From contig OY760142.1 in the NCBI GenBank assembly GCA_963663225.1, forward strand, positions 480,001 to 544,000: a stretch of DNA of 64,000 bases, in the 5' to 3' direction. Shown here in pieces: positions 58,106 to 64,000 of this stretch. How positions within the stretch are numbered: position 1 is the stretch's first letter; the number at the start of each line of letters is the position of its first letter. The position numbers and the translations under genes are program-made. The notes under the pieces are model-generated. The model saw only the letters and a program-made list of their open reading frames with translations, did not search any database and was not told the origin of the DNA. This stretch comes from Nitrospirota bacterium. GTDB lineage: Bacteria; Nitrospirota; UBA9217.

Positions 58106-61100
58106 TTATGATTCCATCGCCCGTCGTATTTTGTGCGACAGATCATGTACGGTAAAGGGTTTCTGAAGAAAATTGACGTCCTCGTCCAGAACGCCGTGGT
58201 GGCTGATGACATTCGCGGTATAACCGGACATGAACAAAACCTTCAGATAAGGACGGAATCGTTTTAACTCAGCGTATAGTTCTTTTCCGTTTTTCTTCGG
58301 CATAATCACGTCTGTCAGAAGCAGGTCGATGGCTTCAGGATATTTTTCCGTCATTTCGATACAATGCTCCGTGCTTTCGGCTGTGAGAACATGATACCCA
58401 AGGCTTTCTAGCATTTTACAGGCAAGTGTCCGGACTGTTTCGTTGTCTTCCATAACGAGTATGGTCTCGCTGCCCTTCTCAAGTTTTTTTTCAGAACGCA
58501 GCGTGTGATCTTTTATGCTCTTGCCTTCTTCCGTGACCCGCGGAAGAAAAATTTTAAAAATGCTGCCTTGCTTTTTTTCTGAATACACGGAAATAGAACC
58601 CGCATGTTGTTTGACGATTCCGTATACCGTTGATAAACCGAGGCCCGTGCCTCGTCCCAATTCCTTTGTGGTAAAGAACGGTTCAAAAATATGGTCCTGG
58701 ATTTCCGCGTCCATCCCGATGCCGGTGTCGCTCACGGAAAGCATGATATAAGGACCAGGCACAATTTCCGGGTGCTCGATTGTATATGATTCATCAAGAT
58801 CAATCTCTTTCACCTCTATAGTCAGAACGCCGCCTTCGGGCATTGCATCCTGCGCATTGACTGCAAGATTCAGCAAAGCCTGTTCAATCTGTCCCTTATC
58901 TGCCTTCACCGTCCCCAACACCGGCGCGACATGCATTCTGATCTCTATATTTTCACGGATTGTGCGGTGCAGCACATGTTCAAACTCCCGGATAATTCCC
59001 CCGAGATTTACCGACTTTAACTCAAGCACCTGCTTCCGGCTGAACGCCAGCAAACGTCTGGTCAGTCCTTTTGCCAGGTCTGCCGCGTGGTTGATCTGTT
59101 CGAGCTTCTGGCGGTTTGGATCTTCAGGCGGAAGTCCCAGCATCATTATTTCACTGTATCCCAATATCGGCGTCAGAAGATTGTTGAAATCATGCGCCAC
59201 GCCGCCTGCCAGGAGGCCGACAGTCTCCATTTTCTGCGATTGGAAAAGCTGGTCTTTTAGCTTCACCCGCTCCTCTTCCGCCTGTTTGAATTCGGTAATA
59301 TCGCGAATTGACTCTATGGCTCCGGCAATATCTCCTTTGCTGTTATAAAGCGGCACTGCTTTTCCCCAGAGATTACGGCGTTTTCCCTGGAGAATGGTAG
59401 TGGCTTCGGCCATGATTGCTTTTCCTTCACGTTTTATGGCATGATAATTTTTCTCTATCTCCTCATCCGGCGCGGATACGAGATCAATCAACATCGGTCT
59501 TCGGGTTCCATATATCGGGAGTGCGTATTCATAGTTTCCTTTCCCCAGCATGCAATCCGCGGAAACGCCATAGAGCTCCTGAATCGCGCGATTCCAGGCA
59601 ATGATGGTCCCTTCCCGATCTATTGCAAATGTCGCGTCGGGCAGAAAAGCTATGATCTCCGACAGCCTCTGTTCCGATTCCCGCAAAGCCTCTTCAGCCT
59701 GTTTGTGTTCGGTGATGTCCTGGATCGTGCCGATCATATAGAGCACTGTTCCCTGTGCGTCAATTTCCAGCTCGCCGATACCGTGAACCCATCGAATTGC
59801 TCCATCACTGCGCCGGACAATCCGGTATTCCTGGTCGAAACGATTGTGTCCGGTAAACACATGCTGAAGCAGATACGAGCTCATCGTTTCACGGTCCTCG
59901 GGCAGCATCAGGGATAACCAGCCGTCCACGGTTCTTGGATGTTCGGCATCGATGCCGAACATATCATCCAGTGACGGCGAACTCACCCATAGTCCCTTTG
60001 TGACGTCCAGCCGGTAGGAACCTATACGCGCTACCTGCTGGGACTTGTTTAAGAAAAATTGGCTCTCCCGCAACGCTTCTTCTGCTCGTTTCCGTTCGGT
60101 AATATCAACAATAATTCCCTGGTAGTGAGTAATGTTTCCCTGAGTATTTCGTTCAATCACAGTGCGGTCGTCTATCCAGCGGATATCTCCATTCTTGCAG
60201 ACAATCCGGTATTCCTGCTGAAAGGAATTACAGCCTGACGAGGAAATGGACTGGACCTCGGCGGCAACTCGTTCCAAATCGGGAGCGTAGATGATCGAGA
60301 CATAGGAAATCGCGCCGGAACGAAGTTCTTCCGAAGAATACCCGTACTGGATCACATTCTTTGAAACAAATTCTACAGGCCAGTCTTCTGCCGCTCTCCA
60401 GCGGAAAAGTACAACAGGACTGTTTTCTATCACCTGATTCGCCTGCCTGAGCGATTCCTCCACGCGTTTCCGTTCGGTAATGTCCTCCATCAATGCCAGA
60501 ACATAATCCAGCGAGTGGTCTTTTTTCCTGACGCAGCCAATCGCAAGGTTCGTCCAGACAATTGTCCCATCTTTACGAATAAAACGTTTTTCCAGAATAT
60601 ACTCGTCAATCTCTCCGGTGGTCAGACGTGAAAAGAATTGCATGCTGAGAGCAACATCATCGGGGTGGGTCAGTTGTTCCCACGTCATCCGGATCAGTTC
60701 TTCCCGGGGATACCCCAGCATCTTGCATACTTTTTCATTGACCCGCAGCCACCCTTTTTCCGGCGATGTGATCGCCATTCCAATTAACTGGCGCTCAAAA
60801 AAAAGACTCGTCATTTCATCGCTTTTTTGCATTGCCTGCTCAGCCTTGCGGCGGCGTATAATGGCAATACTGAGAGAAGTCGTCAATCCGATCAAAATAA
60901 GGATCACGCTGCCTGCCGTCCAGACATACGTTTTGTGCATTTCGTAGAATGATTCTGGCTTGTTGATAATAAGCGAACCGCGGGGAACCTGTGATAATGA
61001 AATGCCAAATCTGATGAGTTCGTCGTAATCAAACATGTAACGGTTTGCATCCACTGCGTTATAAACAGGGATGGAATCAGCCTGTTCGCCGTTTAGGATG

Positions 61101-61975
61101 CGCACTGCCAGTTCCGTGGCCAGTTGTCCCTGCCGATACCCGCTTACTAATTTGCCTCCCATTATTCCATGTCCAAAAAATACATCCCATAGGGAGTAAA
61201 CGGGCACCGGGCTGTTCGTGGATATCCAGTTTGCCGTCCGCTCAATCACCATTTGCTGACCGTATTCATCCCGTATCTGACCATTCAGAAAAACAACGGC
61301 GTCATCTTTCAGTGTTTTCAACTTCGTGCTCAATTCGGTGGTCGTAAGATCGTCCCAGAAATCAACCTGTATCCGGGAGGGCAGTTTCGGCAAAGCCGCT
61401 ACGAAACCGTCCCGGTTATATTTATCCGCGGCCACTTTCGTCTGACCGATGACGATAATCTTAACTGTCCTTGGATGCAGCCGGAGAGCGATGTCGACTG
61501 TTTCCGGAATAGAAGAATCTTCCGCCACGCCGGTTATCCCCTGGTGCCCGGAAAGCATGGCTGGTCGGAAGTCATTTACACCGCAGAATACTACGGGAAT
61601 ATCAGGAAAAAGATGAGCTCGCTCTTTCAGGATAAAGTCGAAAGCGGCATTGTCAGTTACTATTACAAGGTCCGGCGCAGCTCTTTTCAGTTTTGACAGC
61701 AGGAAAGTACGGATTGCGTGTATGCCCTCCACATCAACAGTACGTCGCGCATCGAGATATTCCGCGCTTAACTGGATGTCATACGTGCTCCGGGTAAACG
61801 TATCCCGTATGCCGCTCATGATGGAATCAGTCCAGCCAAGGCCGGAATGATAGGAATGAATAATGAGGACTTCTTTTTGAACAGGGGCGGTTTTTTCCCC
61901 AGCTGCCGGCGTCGTGGTTATCAGAAGCAGCATGCATACTGCGGCAAGCATCCTGGTCAGCGGAATGATTATCAT
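58106..61975 (-). CDS. Hybrid sensor kinase (sensor, 4 PAS, HisKA, HATPase, REC)
   Basis: Same kinase/REC motifs; repeated [16 protein letters not shown] linkers. Confidence 0.93.
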   Translation of the reverse strand: MIIIPLTRMLAAVCMLLLITTTPAAGEKTAPVQKEVLIIHSYHSGLGWTDSIMSGIRDTFTRSTYDIQLSAEYLDARRTVDVEGIHAIRTFLLSKLKRAAPDLVIVTDNAAFDFILKERAHLFPDIPVVFCGVNDFRPAMLSGHQGITGVAEDSSIPETVDIALRLHPRTVKIIVIGQTKVAADKYNRDGFVAALPKLPSRIQVDFWDDLTTTELSTKLKTLKDDAVVFLNGQIRDEYGQQMVIERTANWISTNSPVPVYSLWDVFFGHGIMGGKLVSGYRQGQLATELAVRILNGEQADSIPVYNAVDANRYMFDYDELIRFGISLSQVPRGSLIINKPESFYEMHKTYVWTAGSVILILIGLTTSLSIAIIRRRKAEQAMQKSDEMTSLFFERQLIGMAITSPEKGWLRVNEKVCKMLGYPREELIRMTWEQLTHPDDVALSMQFFSRLTTGEIDEYILEKRFIRKDGTIVWTNLAIGCVRKKDHSLDYVLALMEDITERKRVEESLRQANQVIENSPVVLFRWRAAEDWPVEFVSKNVIQYGYSSEELRSGAISYVSIIYAPDLERVAAEVQSISSSGCNSFQQEYRIVCKNGDIRWIDDRTVIERNTQGNITHYQGIIVDITERKRAEEALRESQFFLNKSQQVARIGSYRLDVTKGLWVSSPSLDDMFGIDAEHPRTVDGWLSLMLPEDRETMSSYLLQHVFTGHNRFDQEYRIVRRSDGAIRWVHGIGELEIDAQGTVLYMIGTIQDITEHKQAEEALRESEQRLSEIIAFLPDATFAIDREGTIIAWNRAIQELYGVSADCMLGKGNYEYALPIYGTRRPMLIDLVSAPDEEIEKNYHAIKREGKAIMAEATTILQGKRRNLWGKAVPLYNSKGDIAGAIESIRDITEFKQAEEERVKLKDQLFQSQKMETVGLLAGGVAHDFNNLLTPILGYSEIMMLGLPPEDPNRQKLEQINHAADLAKGLTRRLLAFSRKQVLELKSVNLGGIIREFEHVLHRTIRENIEIRMHVAPVLGTVKADKGQIEQALLNLAVNAQDAMPEGGVLTIEVKEIDLDESYTIEHPEIVPGPYIMLSVSDTGIGMDAEIQDHIFEPFFTTKELGRGTGLGLSTVYGIVKQHAGSISVYSEKKQGSIFKIFLPRVTEEGKSIKDHTLRSEKKLEKGSETILVMEDNETVRTLACKMLESLGYHVLTAESTEHCIEMTEKYPEAIDLLLTDVIMPKKNGKELYAELKRFRPYLKVLFMSGYTANVISHHGVLDEDVNFLQKPFTVHDLSHKIRRAMES

Positions 61976-62157
61976 TTTTTAGCCTTTTGAAAACGCATCT
62001 TTCCTTCTATTACTTATCGAACTCCAAAACGATCTCTTTAGAGCAAAAAACTTCTCCGTTTTTAAACCGAACGTGGAGACTCCTTCCGAGGGGAGTCCGG
62101 TAATTCTCCGTCGCAGGTTTTGAAATACGATAGTGCGATTTAGCGTTTTTATGCATA

Positions 62158-64000
62158 CTACTGTTCGATGGCATCTCGAACTTTTTGCGACAATGCCGTC
62201 AGGGTAAACGGCTTCTGCAGGAAATGGACCCCTTCTTCCAGGACACCATGATGGCCGATCACATTCTGGCTGTATCCTGACATAAATAGGACTTTGAGGT
62301 CAGGGCGGCCGCGTTTGAGCAGTTCGTACAGCTCTTTTCCGTTCTTTTTGGGCATAATAACATCCGTCAAAAGCAGATCGATCCCGCCCGCATACCGCTC
62401 CAACGACGCAATGCAAGCATCCACATTTTCGGCCGACAGCACCTTGTAGCCAAGCTCTTCGAGCATCCTGCAGGCAAGTATCCGAACGGTTTCATTGTCC
62501 TCAACGACAAACACTGTTTTCCCTCCGGACGCACTCGTGGTGTTCACTGCCGGCGGATATGTGTCCGTTTTCTTTTCTTCTTCTGCAGTTCTCGGCAGAA
62601 AAACCTTAAAGGAACTTCCCCGGTCTTTTTCAGAATAAACATATATGTATCCACCGTGTTGTTTGACAATGCCGTACACAGTAGGAAGGCCAAGACCGCT
62701 TCCTTTCCCCTGTTCCTTCATGGTAAAGAACGGTTCAAAAATGTGCTGAATAGTTTCAGCTTCCATCCCCATCCCGGTATCACTTACGGACAGCATAACG
62801 TATGGTCCCGGGTTGACTTCCGGATGGGCAGATGCATACGAAGCGTCCAAGTCAGCGTTCGATGCTTCAATGCTCAAAGCCCCGCCCTCCGGCATGGCGT
62901 CCTGCGCATTGATGGCCAGATTCAGCAATACTTGTTCAATCTGGCCCTTGTCAGCACGCACCATTCCTAACGACGGCTGAATATTCATTCTAATTTCGAT
63001 ATTCTCCCGGATTGTGCGGTGGAGCATATGCTCGAATCCCAGAATAACATCTCCCAGGTTCAGCAGCTTCAATTCAAGCATTTGCTTTCGACTGAACGCA
63101 AGCAGCCGCTGTGTCACTTCTTTTGCCTTGTCAGCGGCCTGCTTGATTTGCTCAATCTTCGACCGTCGGGAATCTCCCTCCGGAAGGCCGATCATCAGCA
63201 GTTCGCTGTAACCGAGTATCGGCGTCAGCAGGTTGTTGAAGTCATGGGCCACACCTCCTGCCAGAAGCCCTACCGTCTCCATCTTCTGCGATTGAAACAG
63301 GCGGTCCTTGAGCTTCTGCTGCTCCGTTTCCGCGCGCTTTTGGTCCGTAATATCGCGGATGATTTCGATGGCTCCTGCAAGATTGCCGTGGCTGTCAAAT
63401 AATCGCGAAATTTTTCCCCAAAGAATTCGTTGTTTCCCGGACAAAGAGACAGTGCCTTCCGCTATCAGAGAGTTTCCTTCCCGCTTTACATAATCATACT
63501 TTGTCTCAGTTTGCAAATCAGGAGAAAATACAAGGTCAATCAAGGCCGGGCGACGGATTCCGTAAAACGGAATTGCGTATTCATAATTTCCCTTCCCCAG
63601 CATCTTTTCCGCGGTTGTGCCGGTCATCTCTTCAAGGGCCCGGTTCCAGGCAATGACCTTCCCTTCCCTGTCTATGGCGAAAGTCGCGTCCGGTAGAAAG
63701 TCTATAATCTCGAACAGTCTCTTTTCCGATTCTCGCAACGCTTCTTCCGCCCGTCTGCGCTCTGCGATAAATCGTGCCTGCTGTACATTCTGATATGCTT
63801 TCAGGGACAGTTCATTGACCAGCAAAAACAGCATGCGGGCGATTTTCTTAAACTGGCCGCTCGACATGGCAGGGACTTCCTGCAGCGCCGCGCGAAATTC
63901 GTTTTCTTCAACGCCGATTTCAACGGCATGTTGGATTATTTTTTCCTCATCAACCTCTTCATTTTTTACCTGCCCCATAATCCAATTGGCTACATGCTTT
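62158..64000 (-). CDS. Hybrid sensor kinase with PocR and PAS domains (5' end outside the window)
   Basis: HVANWIMGQV..EVPAMS..FKKIA PocR motif; the frame stays open to the window edge. Confidence 0.88.
   Translation of the reverse strand, partial: KHVANWIMGQVKNEEVDEEKIIQHAVEIGVEENEFRAALQEVPAMSSGQFKKIARMLFLLVNELSLKAYQNVQQARFIAERRRAEEALRESEKRLFEIIDFLPDATFAIDREGKVIAWNRALEEMTGTTAEKMLGKGNYEYAIPFYGIRRPALIDLVFSPDLQTETKYDYVKREGNSLIAEGTVSLSGKQRILWGKISRLFDSHGNLAGAIEIIRDITDQKRAETEQQKLKDRLFQSQKMETVGLLAGGVAHDFNNLLTPILGYSELLMIGLPEGDSRRSKIEQIKQAADKAKEVTQRLLAFSRKQMLELKLLNLGDVILGFEHMLHRTIRENIEIRMNIQPSLGMVRADKGQIEQVLLNLAINAQDAMPEGGALSIEASNADLDASYASAHPEVNPGPYVMLSVSDTGMGMEAETIQHIFEPFFTMKEQGKGSGLGLPTVYGIVKQHGGYIYVYSEKDRGSSFKVFLPRTAEEEKKTDTYPPAVNTTSASGGKTVFVVEDNETVRILACRMLEELGYKVLSAENVDACIASLERYAGGIDLLLTDVIMPKKNGKELYELLKRGRPDLKVLFMSGYSQNVIGHHGVLEEGVHFLQKPFTLTALSQKVRDAIEQ

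Overview
Bacterial chromosomal window, probably from an anaerobic Gram-negative sigma54 user; a Nitrospirota/Desulfobacterota-like host is an inference. It has four blocks. (1) 0.1-23.4 kb: a large, mostly minus-strand sulfur amino acid cluster with four predicted sigma54 promoters. It holds cysK, two transsulfuration enzymes, a sulfonate-type ABC transporter, a radical SAM enzyme, a ThiS/MoeB/JAB/TusA/TusE sulfur-carrier pathway, YezD and a RubisCO-like protein-cupin-MetY module. Two copies of an unannotated 68-nt terminator-like RNA element lie in it. (2) 23.4-37.0 kb: an integrated, layered defence island at tRNA-fMet. It holds a tyrosine integrase and excisionase, a split membrane-anchored Cas4-like nuclease, a fused XamI-type restriction-modification gene, Pycsar, an LRAT-domain protein, a CapK/CapS-like kinase-repressor pair with candidate operators, and several gene remnants. 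(3) 37-46.6 kb: a selenium cluster (Sec-containing selD with a SECIS, yedE, tusA, DUF3343, a kinase, a rhodanese, frameshifted yedF) plus cysE, marC and ribD. Directly after selD lies a 146-nt tRNA-Sec-shaped RNA with a Cys anticodon and a variable arm of about 73 nt. (4) 46.8-64 kb: a TonB receptor/binding protein/kinase module and four tandem hybrid sensor kinases. The best novelty candidates are the giant selC*-like tRNA, the YezD-linked repeated attenuator, the split Cas4 and the regulated Pycsar/LRAT/RM defence block.
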